Shown: positions 1 through 14,543 of the stretch, one piece after another | Numbering within the stretch: the stretch's first letter is position 1 | Layout of the letters: each line of letters opens with the position of its first letter | From: Candidatus Peribacteria bacterium | GTDB lineage: Bacteria > Patescibacteriota > Gracilibacteria > BD1-5 > UBA2023 | Reading direction: 5' to 3' | Assembly: GCA_040383945.1 (NCBI GenBank) | Contig: JBEICN010000001.1 | Coordinates: 1-61,988, forward strand | Length of the DNA stretch: 61,988 nucleotides | Position numbers and translations under genes: made by a program | Notes under the pieces: generated by a model | Database searches by the model: none | The model's input: only the letters and a program-made list of their open reading frames with translations | What the model was told of the DNA's origin: nothing

Positions 1-75
1 CGTAAGTGCCGCCAATCCTCATATCAAAACAAATACAACTGCTAAGAAGAAAATATAGATGATAGAAGATTTCAT
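1..75 (-). CDS. hypothetical membrane protein, N-terminal fragment (gene runs off left edge)
   Basis: ATG at 75-73, then MKSSIIYIFFLAVVFVLIGGLAALT (a hydrophobic helix with one in-frame TGA read as Gly). Only 25 codons are visible. Confidence 0.25.
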
Positions 76-85
76 GGTATGACGA

Positions 86-1261
86 TTAATGCTCCTTCGA
101 AGTAGAGTTGGTATTTCAGCTACCAGAATTCTGAGCTCCACTTTGAGCCTTTGATCCTATGAATTTGATCAATTCTTGGACATCTTGATCTTCTCAATCG
201 AGAGGAATAGATGTCAGTGCTGGATATTTTATTGATTTTGGAAGCGCTTCAGTCAAGGCAGGAGTCAGTCATCTTTCGATTATATTTTTTAGTTGAGTAA
301 TGGCTTTTTCTTTGTCACCATTCGCCATTAAGAAATCTGCATACTGGAGCATGCTATACTGTTGATTATTTACGAGTGACCATTGCGTGCTATAGGTAAT
401 AATTTCCATAAAGGCAGCATCTACCTCTGTGCGAGGAACTTTTTTGAATCTCGTATGCAATCAAGCGAGGATACCGGCCCGTCCCAGCATAGCGCTCGTG
501 AGTTCGACTTGCTCCCCAGGATTATTTTTCATTTGAGTGATAGTTTTTGTTATATATGGCTCGTATTGTTTGTAAATACTATCTGCTATATCTGGCTTAT
601 CTGCTGGAACAGAGTTGATAAGACTAGAGGCAATCCAAACCGCAGACCCAACATATGGATCTAGCTCAAATTGAATTTGCATAATTTTATTCGTGGCATC
701 TGTAATATTAATGGCCCTCTTTTCGTAGCTATCGATAATTTGTTTTAATATCATGGGATCATTATAATTCACGGCCCAAAGATACATTCTCTGTAGTGCG
801 AGAGCTCGTGTTCGCTTGGGATAGGTTTCATTTTTTGAAAGAGCTATGAAAAGATCTGCACCGGACTTCCTATCAGTATTAAATTTGGATTGAGCCATAC
901 CAAATTCCACGATGGAACGCTCCTCTGGATTGGTAAGATCCAAGATGAGCTTACTATATATTTCAAATGCTTTTACATTATCTCAGCCAATCAATGCCAA
1001 ATTTCCTTCTCTATATTCTGGGTAATTTTTTTCTAGAATTCTAATAGCACTTTCATTATTCTGAATTTCTTCAGGTGTTTTTTCAGAGCCTTCTTCTGCA
1101 TCAGATTTTTGTGCGCCGGAAGCAACTACTGCTATAGAGGCGGTATTTGATGCGTCTCAAGTCTTGGTATCAGCAGAATTATTCTTGATAAAAAATAACA
1201 ATCCACCAACTACAAAAAGAGAGACGAGTATGCCGAGCAAAATAGAGTGTTTGGTGTTCAT
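86..1261 (-). CDS. hypothetical membrane-anchored protein with helical-repeat-like soluble part
   Basis: ORF pieces 269..460 and 461..943, plus upstream and downstream extensions, are contiguous in one frame across TGA codons. ATG at 1261, TAA at 86-88. N-terminal helix ILLGILVSLFVVGGLLFFI. No family recognised. Confidence 0.55.
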
Positions 1262-1549
1262 AAGTCGTACGATTAGGTGTTAACTTTGAGAAAAGTAGCA
1301 CAAGTATATATTTTATCAAAAATTTAGTAAATAGTTTTTTATGCCAAGAGTTAAAATGGCGCTATTCTAGCATCAGAAATTTCACTACACTACACAATGA
1401 CTTAGCAGTACAGTACTGCTCAGGAATATCAACACACTTACACTATACACTCACTATCACACCATCTACGCAATACAGAAACGAGATCGAATGACGTAAT
1501 AATCGTTCAGGGGATCGGGCCCGAGCTTCAAGTCTCTGGCAAATCCCAA

Positions 1550-3490
<1,941 letters not shown>

Positions 3491-3609
3491 TTATGAAAAT
3501 TGAAAATATAATGACACAACATTATAAAAAAATGTGTAAAAAAGCAAAGAATTTCCCTCAATACAAAAACCCATCCCTCGCTTGCTTGATGGAGACTCAT
3601 GTAATTTAT

Positions 3610-3637
3610 TTGACATAAATAATTTAGAATGTATAAA
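3610..3637 (+). promoter_or_regulatory. sigma70-like promoter (TTGACA-16 nt-TATAAA)
   Basis: TTGACA at 3610-3615 and TATAAA at 3632-3637, 22 nt upstream of the ATG at 3660. Confidence 0.4.
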
Positions 3638-3659
3638 CAAATAAAACTTTACCAAATTT

Positions 3660-4133
3660 ATGAAAAAATCTTTTCAACTCGCTTCTTGGTGCCTTGCCAT
3701 GATTACCATGATTGCCTCTGGATTATATTTGCCGGCTTATGCAAACGACTACTTCGAAAGTCAGATACTACGAACCACGAGCAAAGAAACCTCGCGAGAA
3801 AAACTTCGAGAAATTCAGATAGCTGAAGTAGCCCTCAAAAGTAGTTCTGAACGACTTCGATTGCAGCAGACAAAATTCTTTATTTCAAAAACAAAACGCG
3901 AAATCGAGAACCGATACGCGGAAGGGAATATTTCTGCGTATGATTTTGCTGACATAGAGCAAGAGCTCCAATATCTCACCTATTCTATGAACAGCTACTT
4001 CATGAATATCCGAGCATTTGAGCGTAGCAAAAATCGTGATTTTCAAAAAATGGCACAAGATAATCTCGGAGATGCCAGTCAATCATACTCTCGACTGAAA
4101 GCTGCGACTCGAAAAGCAGTTCGTACAAATTAA
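3660..4133 (+). CDS. hypothetical secreted protein
   Basis: Intact ORF ending in TAA. N-terminal signal-peptide-like MKKSFQLASWCLAMITMIASGLYLPAYA. Confidence 0.6.
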   Translation: MKKSFQLASWCLAMITMIASGLYLPAYANDYFESQILRTTSKETSREKLREIQIAEVALKSSSERLRLQQTKFFISKTKREIENRYAEGNISAYDFADIEQELQYLTYSMNSYFMNIRAFERSKNRDFQKMAQDNLGDASQSYSRLKAATRKAVRTN

Positions 4134-4157
4134 TAGACTGACTCAAAACCTAATAGC

Positions 4158-5465
4158 ATGAATACTCCGCATCCTTACAGTACATTACTCCCAAGTATGC
4201 TGCGTGAAGAAATTCAGAGGATTTTTTTACCACTACTCACGCAACAGCTTGCTCATAACGAGGATCAAAAGTATCTCGTTTCTGTTGGCACCTATGTTTT
4301 CGAAGCGGTCCAGCTAGAGTTACGAAGTATGTCTCAAGATTTGTGAAATCAAAACCACCACTTGCGAATGATCTCTTTTCGCATAGAAAGCACTCCGACT
4401 CAAAAATACGAAAAAATACTCTCCGGAATTACCCAAAAAATTCGATGAAGTTCTGCAAAAAATTATACCGTCCGCACCAATAAAAAATTAAAAAAGTCGG
4501 AAGATATTAAGAAAATGCCCGAGGGCTCGTCGGGTACTTCAGATGTAACTATGGTTATTTCTTGAGAAATACATGCAAATCAGGCCTCAGAAATCTCTCA
4601 TATCCTCGCAGAACTCGGGATGTTTGCTTCCGAATTCGATACAAATGAGTGGTATACAAAAATTGGATTCATTACGGGTAATCAGCTGGGGAAAATCCAA
4701 AAAATTCCTACCGCACTCCCGCTTCTGCCAAAATTAGTAGAAGGAGTATCTCGAGAAGTTTTCGAGACTATCGAGGTAAGAAAATGATCGAGGAAAAAGT
4801 GAAGAATCTTGAGTAGAAATGGTCAATATTTGGAAGAAAAAACTCGGCAATTGTTGCAAAAAGTACAAAACAAGAGTTTGTTTGTGAGGCGTGACGATTC
4901 CTATGTAAACCCCTCCCAACGAGACCAGATTCTATCCGATTATGAGTCCGCATTGGAGCTACAATTTTCAAACCCAGTATGCCAAAGTATACTCGGTCAA
5001 CCCACAAATAGTGTTTTTGAAATTGAAATGTGACACCAGAGCTTGAGACCTCTCATTATCAATGTGTGAGAATTTAATAGAAAATATGCGGAACGAAGTG
5101 TTGAATTTGGACTTTCTGTAAAAGAGTCCGATGCAGATAAGATTTGGGATGAGCTCGGTGAAAATTTCAAAAAAAACAGCAAAGAAATAGGAGATTATGA
5201 ATTTGAAGTCACCTATCCGAACGATGGAGCAACAGATATGAAGGGTGAGGCGAGTATCACTCTTGAGATGCCCATCGTAGCAAACGAGCCGGAAAAAATA
5301 CGAGAAGTGCTCTTTCTCTTCTGAAAACTTCTCTTTAAAATCGGATACCCCATACTTCGAAGCCCAACCGTACTCCCGTCTTTTGTAAACTCCAGTCGAA
5401 AATTTCAAAAGCTTGCAAAAAGCACAATCAAAAAACCAAATTTACCACCTCCATCAAAACGCTAG
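4158..5465 (+). CDS. hypothetical protein (435 aa)
   Basis: ORFs 4158..4346 and 4809..5033 share a frame. My codon-by-codon reading finds only TGA between them and on to TAG at 5463-5465. No motif recognised. Confidence 0.5.
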
Positions 5466-5486
5466 GCCTCAGAATAGGTAGTGTAA

Positions 5487-6977
5487 TTAAATTTTTTTCT
5501 TTTTTCTTACCCCCCTACTGAACCGTTTTCGCCGAGAAGCGTCCATTTTTGCTTGGTCTCCGTGGAATTTCTTTGCCACCTCTTCTGCTTTTTCCTCATC
5601 GGTTTTGAGTCATCCGCCCTTCTTATAAATACTCTCACGCCCTTTGAGTTCAATAATTATAGGGGTCCCCGCAAAGCCAAAATGCTCTCGGATTTGATTT
5701 TCTATGTACCGTGGGTAAGAAAAATGAAAGTGTTTTTCATTGTTCACCGATATCAAGAATTTTGGCGGATTCACATCTACCTGAGAACCGTAGAATATTT
5801 TTGGTTTATGAGATTTTTTATTTCCACTGGGAGCATGTTTATAAACAATTTGTTCGAGAAAGCTATTAAATACTCCAGTCTTAACCCGCTTATTGCGCTC
5901 AGTCTGTATCTGTAAGGCAGTGGATAATATCTCCTCCACCCGCTTTCCATTGGTGGCGGTTGTAAAAATAGGAGTGACGTAGTCGATGAATTCAAATTTT
6001 CGGTCAAGATATTTGTTGTACCCAGTCTGAACTTCATTTTGATCGACATCCTTCCGTGAGAGAACGATATCCCACTTATTAAAAACAAGTATCAAACCTT
6101 TCGCGAGTTCCAAGGCTTTCCCAACGATAGACTGATCTTGACTGGTGATACCCTCATTCGCGTCCATCATAATTACGGCAATATCTGCTCGTTCGATAGC
6201 CCGTTCACTTCGCATAACACTCCAGTCTTCAAGATTACGAGCCCCGATTTTCCCACTTCTTCGTATTCCAGCCGTGTCAATTAATACAATTTTTTGTCAC
6301 TCGTAATCTACGACCGTATCAATAGAGTCACGGGTAGTTCCTGCCAAGTCCATCACCATGGACCGATTCTCTCCCGTAATAGCATTCACCAGTGAGGATT
6401 TGCCAACATTTGGTCGACCAATAATGGCGATCTTGAGTACATCGTCTCCGTATTGTGGCTCATTGTAGCTGTATCCTGTAGATTTAAGCTCGGCAGCAAT
6501 CGTCATTCTGAGTTCATCAATTCCTCGAGTATGAAGCGAGCTTGTAGGAATAAGCTTGTTAAATCCAAGCTGCAAAAGACCTTGAGCTTCTCGCATTCGC
6601 TCTGGATTATCTGCCTTATTTGCCACGATAATCACCGTTTTTTTGGATTTACGGAGTAGTTTGGCTATTTCTGCATCATGATCGGTAATACGGTCATACT
6701 CCAAAACAAAAAGAATGATGTCCGATCGATCGATTGATTCTTGTACTCGCATGCGAACATCTGCGAGTATTTCGTCATTTTTTCCGTACGCCAATCCACC
6801 AGAGTCCGCAATAATGTATGCGATATTCTCATCATTATCGTGTATTTGGTACTCCAAAATATCTCTAGTGGTATTTTCTATATCGGAAACTATGGCTATT
6901 TTGTGTCGAGTAAGGGAATTGAAAATACTAGATTTTCCAACATTCGGCCGACCGACAATGGTGATTCTTGCTATCAT
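5487..6977 (-). CDS. der: ribosome-associated GTPase Der/EngA (two tandem GTPase domains plus KH-like C-terminus)
   Basis: Two G domains: GRPNVGKSS ... DSGG ... NKAD, and GRPNVGKSS ... DTAG ... NKWD. Pieces 6297..6977 and 5610..6215 joined over TGA. Stop TAA at 5487-5489. Confidence 0.9.
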
Positions 6978-6990
6978 TTAAAATTGGTAA

Positions 6991-7065
6991 TGGTGCCCTC
7001 AACACGAATCGAACGTGCGTCTAAGCCTTAGGAGTGCCTTGTTCTATCCACTGAACTATGAGGGC
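6991..7065 (-). tRNA. tRNA-Arg (anticodon CCU)
   Basis: Cloverleaf GCCCTCA/TGAGGGC acceptor, D arm GTTC-AGTGGATA-GAAC, anticodon loop CTCCTAA, T arm GCACG-TTCGATT-CGTGT, encoded CCA. One A-G mismatch at the base of the anticodon stem. Confidence 0.75.
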
Positions 7066-7166
7066 GGAGTATGCTCATGAGTTACTTTGAAAAAGTCCTA
7101 GGATAGGGACAAATCAAAAAACAACTTGTGTATCATAGGAAAAAAGACGAAATCTACAAGTTTCAG

Positions 7167-7613
7167 TTATGCCATGCTGTTTCGAGTTTGGCTGGTGGTC
7201 AAGAAAGGATTTGTGTAGGCGTCTTTAACGGTAGCGTAGGTCACTCGGGTAAGCTCAGCCTCTTCCTGCTTGTACAAACGCGATGGAACATATGTACCAT
7301 TTCGATAGACTCGAAAGCTCTCTATCGCGATAAAATCTACCACGCGGATAATTTGATCATCGGTAAGATAGCTCATGGCCGTCATGTGATACGTTCATCT
7401 CACCAAATAGGTTCCTCATCGAAAACTGAATTTCAGAGCAAATCTCGAAGCTTCAAAATCGCTACTTTCCGGATGAAAAATTGCCTTTCCAACACCTCGG
7501 ATAGCATCGACTCGGGTTTTCCGATACGCTGCGCTCGATCGATCAAAATCAATGGTCATTTGTTTGGAATCTGATTGAAACATGAAGTTTTGGTTAATTA
7601 CATAAATTTTCAC
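7167..7613 (-). CDS. hypothetical protein
   Basis: ORFs 7416..7613 and 7167..7385 are in one frame, joined over two TGA codons. Stop TAA. The start is uncertain (GTG at 7613 or ATG at 7583). Confidence 0.45.
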
Positions 7614-7745
7614 ATACTTTTTTTGATAGTCAAGTAAAATTAGTCAGGAATCTGTCTGATGTTTTGGTGAAAAATCCAACTTGCTTTGCGAGTTATTTTG
7701 GGGAATATATCAAAAATACCTTCCTCCTCTCCACTCCAACCAAAA

Positions 7746-8372
7746 ATGATCGCCTCGGTAAACCACTTTCTCCTCCCAGCTGAAAAAATCATCCGTCACT
7801 ATCAAAAATATATCGGGTATTTCTGTATCGCGCTTTCATTTGGGGTATTGCCGGTAGTATTTTTTCCAGAATATATGAAATCTGCGGGAGAATATGCCAA
7901 AAATCTACTCTTATTCATCCTGTTTCTTCCGATTTTTTCAAAGGTTATCGGACTCAAGATTGCCCAAATTCTGATGCCACTGCGTAAAGAAATGGGTATT
8001 CTCATGGGAAGCCTTGCCTTTGTCCATGGAGCTTCGTTCAATATCCAATACCCCTCCTTTATGCTTGAGGGTATATATTGGTGGCAAAATGGCATGGTAA
8101 CGCATCTCGGTGTTGGATTTTTTGCACTGCTTTTGACTATTCCGCTCGTGCTAACATCAAATGTTTGGGCCATGAAAAAGCTCGGAAAACATTGGAAAAA
8201 ATTGCATCGATTGGCCTATTGGATTCTCGTCTTGGTAATGCTTCATGTGATGTTAATAGCCTGGACTCAAGAAGCAGAATTCGAAATCGGCCCCATACTT
8301 ATTCTCATAGCCTATTTTTGAGGTAAAATCTTGGAGTGGAAAGGTATTACCTTACAAAAAACAAGCGCATAA
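7746..8372 (+). CDS. ferric-reductase-like (MsrQ/YedZ-type) polytopic membrane protein, tentative
   Basis: About six hydrophobic helices with conserved-looking His residues (FVHGASF, LHRLAYWILVLVMLHVML). ATG at 7746, one TGA at 8319-8321, TAA at 8370-8372. Confidence 0.45.
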
Positions 8373-8389
8373 TACCAAATTTATCCCGA

Positions 8390-9781
8390 ATGTTTATGAA
8401 CATATTTCAACTCATCTCTCGGAGTTATGATTTTCGTGCCATCTATCCGAGTGAATTTTCTGAAACAGACTTTACTCGCTTGGGTCAAGCCATTGGCGAG
8501 TGGGCCCCAGAAGGAACTATGTATGTTGGTGGTGATTCACGACTTTCAACTCCAAGTCTTAAGCAGGCCATGATCGAAGGACTCGTGCGTGAGGGTCGAG
8601 CAGTAGCCGATATAGGAATCGTATCGAGTGATATGCTACAGTATTCCACTATTTGCTTCCCTGATGCTGCCATGGGAATTATGATTACTGCAAGTCATAA
8701 TCCAAAAGAGTTCAATGGCTTCAAAATGTGTCTCAAAAATGCTGCCCCCATCAATCTCAAGCTCATTGCCCCGGAACTTATCCACATACTACAATCGCGT
8801 GGACTTCATACATCGGATGCAACTTCCAATTTTTTGACACCAAAAACCTCAAAGTGAAAACTTGAAGTAATTGATATTTTACCGCAATGGATTGATTTTC
8901 TTACCGCTCATGCGCAAGGAGACCTGAGCCATCTTACGGTAGTAGCTGATGCGGGCAATGGAACTGCCGGAGTATTTATGCAAGCACTTGCAGACCGACT
9001 AGGTTTCAAGCTGATTCCCTTGTATTTTGAACCAGATGGGAATTTCCCCAACCACCATCCTTCGCCTATTGAATCCAAAAACATGCGAGATTTGCAACAA
9101 AAAGTCCGTGAAACTGGAGCAAATATTGGAGTTGCATTTGACGGTGATGCCGACCGAGCGGTTATGTGCGACGAATTGTGAGAAATTATCAATGCTTCGA
9201 TCACTCTTTCTGCTATAAGTGAGCTTTTACTGACCAAAAATCCCGGAAAGAAAATCATGTACAATGCGACCTGTAGTCATATAGTACGAGATACCATTTT
9301 GAGTCTTGGCGGCACTCCTGTGCGAGAAAAAGTCGGGCATATCTACCTCAAAGAACATATGAAGCGAGATCCAGATATTATCTTTGCGGGGGAACACTCG
9401 AGTCATTACTACTTCCGAGATATGGGAAATGCCGATTCTGGAGCACTGGCATTCTTACTCGTCTTAGAATATCTCGAACAATACGAACTTACTGCTTCGG
9501 CAATGCGGAAAAAATTTGGAAAGTATCACAGTCTTGAGGAAACCAATTTTCAAGTAAAAAGCGTTCCTGAGGTCCTCGAGTCGCTTTCTGGTATCTATCA
9601 AAGCGAAAGACAGGAACGCTTTGATGGACTCACGGTCAGCTTTGAAGATGGAAGCTGGTTCAATGTTCGTGGAAGTTCTAACGAACCACTCATCCGCCTC
9701 AACCTAGAATCTCAGTCCAAAGAGCATTTTGAAAGTCTCTCCAAAAAAGTAATTTCGGAAATATTGGCATTTTGAGTATAA
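8390..9781 (+). CDS. phosphomannomutase/phosphoglucomutase (alpha-D-phosphohexomutase family)
   Basis: Active-site TASHNP, Mg loop FDGDADR, and GEHSSHYYF sugar-binding loop. Pieces 8336..8857, 8978..9181 and 9257..9775 share a frame. Confidence 0.85.
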
Positions 9782-9806
9782 ATAGAAGCATCCTTACTTA
9801 CAACCA

Positions 9807-10583
9807 ATGGTCCAGGATATCCAAGAACTCCTCCGAGAAAATTCGGATTTGAAAAGAAAACTCGAGATAAGTCGTGCCTGGATGGTACGCGAAGTCAAAG
9901 AAAGTGCTCACAAAATAGCTACAAAACGAGTAGGAAAAATGAGCAGCAACGAACGAGACGATTTTCTTGGGCAGAATCAAGAAGAAATTATTACAAATCG
10001 GATACGCGGATATTTTGGAGAACTCCTGCTGTTAAATGCTCCAAAAAATACCGTGGAACACCTCGTAGATTCTGAGATCAGTTATTATTCACTCGGAAAA
10101 AGCTCAAACGGGGACGGAATTGGAGTGGTAAGTTCGTATACAAAAATCATCGATAGCCTCATTGAATCGATCATCACAAACCAATTTCGAAAATTTGTGA
10201 GTAAACAAGGGGCGGTAATTCTCAGATCCAATGACCCCTTGGAAAAAGCGCTCTATCTCGTTATTAGCAAAAAATATATTCTCTCTACCGGGAGGCTTTA
10301 TGGGCTTCTCAAAAGCATTCGACGAGGAGAATCACTTCTTGAATTTAGTAATCTTTTCAAGATATATTTGGAAAAATACCAAAGTTTATGAGAGTTTTTG
10401 CTCAGTGATAGCTTTTTTGATCTCTATGGAGAACTCATCGAAGGAGAAGTGTTTGGTGGAAAAAGACACTCTGGAAAAATAACACGAGAAGAAACTCAAA
10501 AAGTCCGAGAACTACTCGTGGGAAATTTTGAAAACAAAAACGCCATACTCTATCAATTTCTTCAACAATCAAGTGTGATCTAG
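9807..10583 (+). CDS. hypothetical protein
   Basis: ORFs 9807..10391 and 10398..10583 share a frame and are joined by one TGA. Stop TAG. Confidence 0.5.
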
Positions 10584-10625
10584 GTGTTACAAAGGCGAGA
10601 AAATACTAATATAAAAATACGTATT

Positions 10626-10775
10626 TTATAATAATTCCTGCAACTCTTGAAGCTCTTCTGTGGTAAAATAGCCAAGCATATTTACGAATTGGTCCTGCTG
10701 TCGAGCAGACATGTCGGATTGACGGATACGATTTTCCAGGGGTACCTCAACAAGAACCTCTGATACAGAGAACAT
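10626..10775 (-). CDS. small hypothetical protein (49 aa)
   Basis: Internal ATG of ORF 10626..10883 (MFSVSEVLVEV...ELQELQELL). Divergent from ruvC. Weak support. Confidence 0.25.
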   Translation of the reverse strand: MFSVSEVLVEVPLENRIRQSDMSARQQDQFVNMLGYFTTEELQELQELL

Positions 10776-10876
10776 GATAATTTTTGATTTTTGAATATAT
10801 TGGAATGCAGATGAGCAAGAAATATGTTTCTTACGATTCTTCCTCAACAAACAAATTAAAACATACATAATTACAT

Positions 10877-11341
10877 ATGTCAATTATTCTCGGCATAGAT
10901 CCCGGAACGACCACCGTAGGTTACGGGATTGTTGAAGTTTTGGGGAAGAAGAGAACTATTCTCGATTGTGGAATTATCAAAACCGCACCAAAAATTGAAC
11001 TGTCTCAAAAAATTCTAGATATTAACCATGATCTTTTGGAGCTCATAAAACAGTATCAACCTACAATTTGCGGAATCGAGAAACTCTATTTCCATACCAA
11101 TGTCACAACCGGTATTGACGTAGCACAGAGTCGGTGAGCGATACTGCTCTGCCTGGCTCAAAAAGGGATTCAAATACGAGAATACACTCCCCTTCAAGTA
11201 AAAAAAGGTATTTGCGGAAGTGGGAGAGCTCCGAAAACGCAAATACAACATGCCTTACGCCTCATTTTTGGCCTAAAAGATATCCCAAAGCCAGACGATG
11301 CGGCGGACGCGCTGGCAATTGCGTATATAGCGAGTTTGTAG
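10877..11341 (+). CDS. ruvC: crossover junction endodeoxyribonuclease RuvC
   Basis: N-terminal ILGIDPGTTTVGYG and C-terminal DAADALAIA catalytic motifs. One TGA at 11135-11137. Stop TAG at 11339-11341. Confidence 0.85.
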
Positions 11342-11488
11342 AAAAACCAAGAGGAAATGTGTAGGTAGCTAATTATTAAAACTGGTAATTAGCGACACCT
11401 GTAAGGCCTTGAATTTTCTGTCCTGCCTTCCTTGAACTCTGAAGTCTTTTCTATACAATACACCTCGTTGTAAAATTACGCACTACCC

Positions 11489-13285
11489 ATGAACATTCAC
11501 TCATCAGAAATCCGATCAAAATACTTAGAATTCTTCAAGACCAAATCTCACGCTATTATCCCGTCGGCGCCATTGGTTCCGGAAAACGACCCTTCCGTAC
11601 TTTTCAATACTGCAGGGATGCAGCCACTCGTCCCGTACCTCCTTGGAGAACCCCATCCGATGTGAAAACGAATTGTTGATGTTCAAAAATGTGTGCGAAC
11701 CGGTGATATCGATGACGTTGGAGATAATCGCCATCTTACTTTTTTCGAAATGCTCGGAAACTGGTCGCTCGGAGATTATTTTAAAAAGGAATCTATCGCT
11801 TGGTCGTACGAATTTCTTACTTCAAAAGCATGGCTTGGGATCGATCCAAATATGCTTACCGTAACGGTATTTGAGGGAAATAGTGATGCTCCGAGAGACG
11901 AAGAGAGTGCAGATATATGGCGAAGTCTCGGCATGCCCGAAGATCGTATCAGCTATCTTCCTGCAGCGGATAATTGGTGGGCGGCAGGGCCAACTGGACC
12001 GTGCGGCCCAGATACAGAAATTTTTTATTATGTGGGAAACAGCGAACCCCATGGTAACTGTGCTACCAATCCTGACGACTGGATGGAAATCTGGAATAAT
12101 GTGTTCATGCAGTTTGACCGACAAGATGATGGCTCTCTCAAACCACTCCCCTCACAGTGCGTTGATACTGGAATGGGGCTCGAGCGAGTTACCGCAACCC
12201 TCAATGGATTCAAACACGTCTTCGATACCGATATTTTCCTGCCATATCTCGACAAAATCCGTGAGCTGACAGGTGACAAATACGATGATCGTGGGGCTCG
12301 AATTATCGCAGATCACACCCGCACGGCTGTGCATATGATTGCAGATGGTGTGGTGCCAAAAAATGTGGCACAAGGGTATATTCTTCGACGCCTGCTCCGA
12401 CGAGCCATTCGAGAATTCGTACGAATGGGGGTTACGGGAACCGTACTATGACAACTCGCAGAAATGGTCATCGCCACCTTTGCTGACGTATACCCTACGG
12501 TCGCCACGAATACAGATAAAATTCTGGAAGAGATCCGCAAAGAAGAGGAGAAATTTGGAAAAACCCTCGCGGATGGAACTCGAGAATTCGAAAAAATTAT
12601 CCGATGAATGAAAGAGGCAGAAATAAAAACTGGGCAGTCGATCACGAAAATTTCCGGTCAAAAAGCTTTTACCTTATTTGATACCTATGGATTCCCCGTA
12701 GAAATGACGGAAGAAATAGCAAAAGAGTACGGCATGACTGTGGATCGAGCTGGATTTGATGAGAAATTCAAGGCGCATCAAGAGCTCTCACGAACCGCTT
12801 CCGTAGGAATGTTCAAGGGTGGGCTTGCCGACCAGTCCGACAAAACCACAGCACTCCATTCCGCCTGCCACCTCATGCTTGCTGGACTACGACAAGTTCT
12901 TGGGAACCATGTGGCACAAGCTGGGTCGAATATCACTGAGGAGCGACTACGATTTGACTTTACGCATTCCGAAAAAATGACACCAGAACAAATCGCAGCA
13001 GTAGAAGCATATGTTAACGAAGCGATTCAATCTGGACTTAAGGTACAAGTAGCAGAGGAGCCAAAATCACAAGCTCAGGCTCGAGGAGTTTCGGGTTCAT
13101 TCTGGGAAAAATATCCAGATGTAGTAAAGGTATATACGATGTCTGGAAGTAATGGGAAAGTATATTCAGAAGAGCTTTGCGGAGGACCTCATGTAGAGGA
13201 TTCCACAAAAATGGGGGCATTCCAAATCGTCAAAGAAGAATCCTCGAGTTCCGGGGTGCGAAGAATAAAAGCAATACTCCAATAA
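11489..13285 (+). CDS. alaS: alanine--tRNA ligase, short form (598 aa)
   Basis: [44 protein letters not shown]; editing-domain HSACHLM and CGGPHV; ends just after GVRRIKA. Three same-frame pieces joined over TGA. Stop TAA. Confidence 0.9.
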
Positions 13286-13337
13286 CAAAAAAGCTCCCTT
13301 TATGGACCACCACCTGTTGGGGAGTTTTTGTATAAAT

Positions 13338-14543
13338 CTATTCGACCTTCAATCGTATTTCCCGAACCTCTTTTGATTTCTCTCGCATATTTTTTGTACC
13401 GGATACGATTCCAAAGGTAATATAAGAGAGCAAGCTTCCGATTTCATGTAAAATAGGAATTTGCAAAAACGGTTGGTTTTTGATAGTAGCAATACCCAGC
13501 ATAATTGGCAATATGGCAAGTAGAGTCATTCTAAGATTCGGATACAACAGATACCCAACCAGCAAGACAAGCAATGTTAGGATGATGCCTTGATTGATGG
13601 CGAGAGCATACCGGCTTTTTTGTGGAGCGAAGAACTGGTATATAAAAATGAGATTGATAAAAGGAATATAGATAATAAATGGGGAGAATACCATGCTAGA
13701 ATCTGAAAAAAAAGCTTCGAGCTCTTTCTCTGAATGCTTCATCCGAACTGAGATTTCTTCCCGTTTCTGGAGGAAAGAAAGTTCATTCTTGCGACCTATA
13801 ATTACGAGAAATACGTCTAAGAGATACGGTGGAATGGTTTTGAGATTTAGCTGGATTTCATTCATTCAAGGAAGCATTTGAATTGGGGACAAAAATCCGA
13901 TGCTCTTGTTGGTAATGAGAAATGCTCAAGTGGTAACAATAAGGACAATAATGAAAAACAAGGTGATCATTAGTAGATTGTCTCAACGGAGGAAAATGAA
14001 TTCCACCACCAAAAGTAATGTCCCGTATCCTGAAACCTTGGATCCGACCTGTGTAAGCGGTGTAGGGAAACGTTCCGCAATAAAAACTCCTATAATCGGG
14101 AAAAAAGAAAGAAGACTTCGAATCAATTCAGCTTCTCCCGAGATTTTGTGATACATGAGTGAATCCGCTGAATGATCTAAGCTTATCGAATGAAAAGCTT
14201 CGAATTTTTTTCCTTGGTAGGCAAGATAAGATCCGCGAAAAATGAGACATAAAAGTCCGAGTAGTACCGTAGAAAATAAGACTCTAGAGAGAGCAATGCC
14301 AATTACTGGAATCTGGTAGTCTAAAAGTTTGGTAAGTAATGTGTGGTATACTATCAAGAACCCAATAAATCCTAGATGTAGACGCGTTGCTGACCACGCA
14401 TGAGATCGAACAAAGGGGTGACTAAAATTTGGCTTCGTATAAGCAAGAAGATACAAAAAGCCCAAGAAAAAATAGCTAGTGAGGGCATTGGTACGAACTT
14501 GCAAAGGAAGATTCGAATTTTCGGAAGAATCAGCTTGATACAT
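13338..14543 (-). CDS. hypothetical polytopic membrane protein
   Basis: ORFs 13983..14543 and 13338..13865 are in the same frame. The stretch between them contains only TGA and reads as another hydrophobic helix (MITLFFIIVLIVTTGAFLI). It could alternatively be two genes. Confidence 0.45.

Noticed and set aside
4968-5408. Long antisense ORFs in the track (for example 4968..5408 -, 23759..24250 +, 24943..25497 +, 41690..42079 +, 54553..55014 +, 30390..30869 +)
   Set aside because: Each lies opposite a better-supported gene, or across the GC-rich RNA element. They have low-complexity or Cys/Ser/Arg-rich translations typical of antisense frames and carry no motifs.
11342-11488. T-box leader upstream of alaS
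   Set aside because: The spacer is only about 145 nt. It holds a single short inverted repeat (CTAATTA-N10-TAATTAG), with no specifier-loop or T-box consensus sequence visible.
13286-13337. Terminator between alaS and the convergent membrane-protein gene
   Set aside because: Only a 5-6 bp stem (CTCCC...GGGAG) with a ~21 nt loop, too weak to call.
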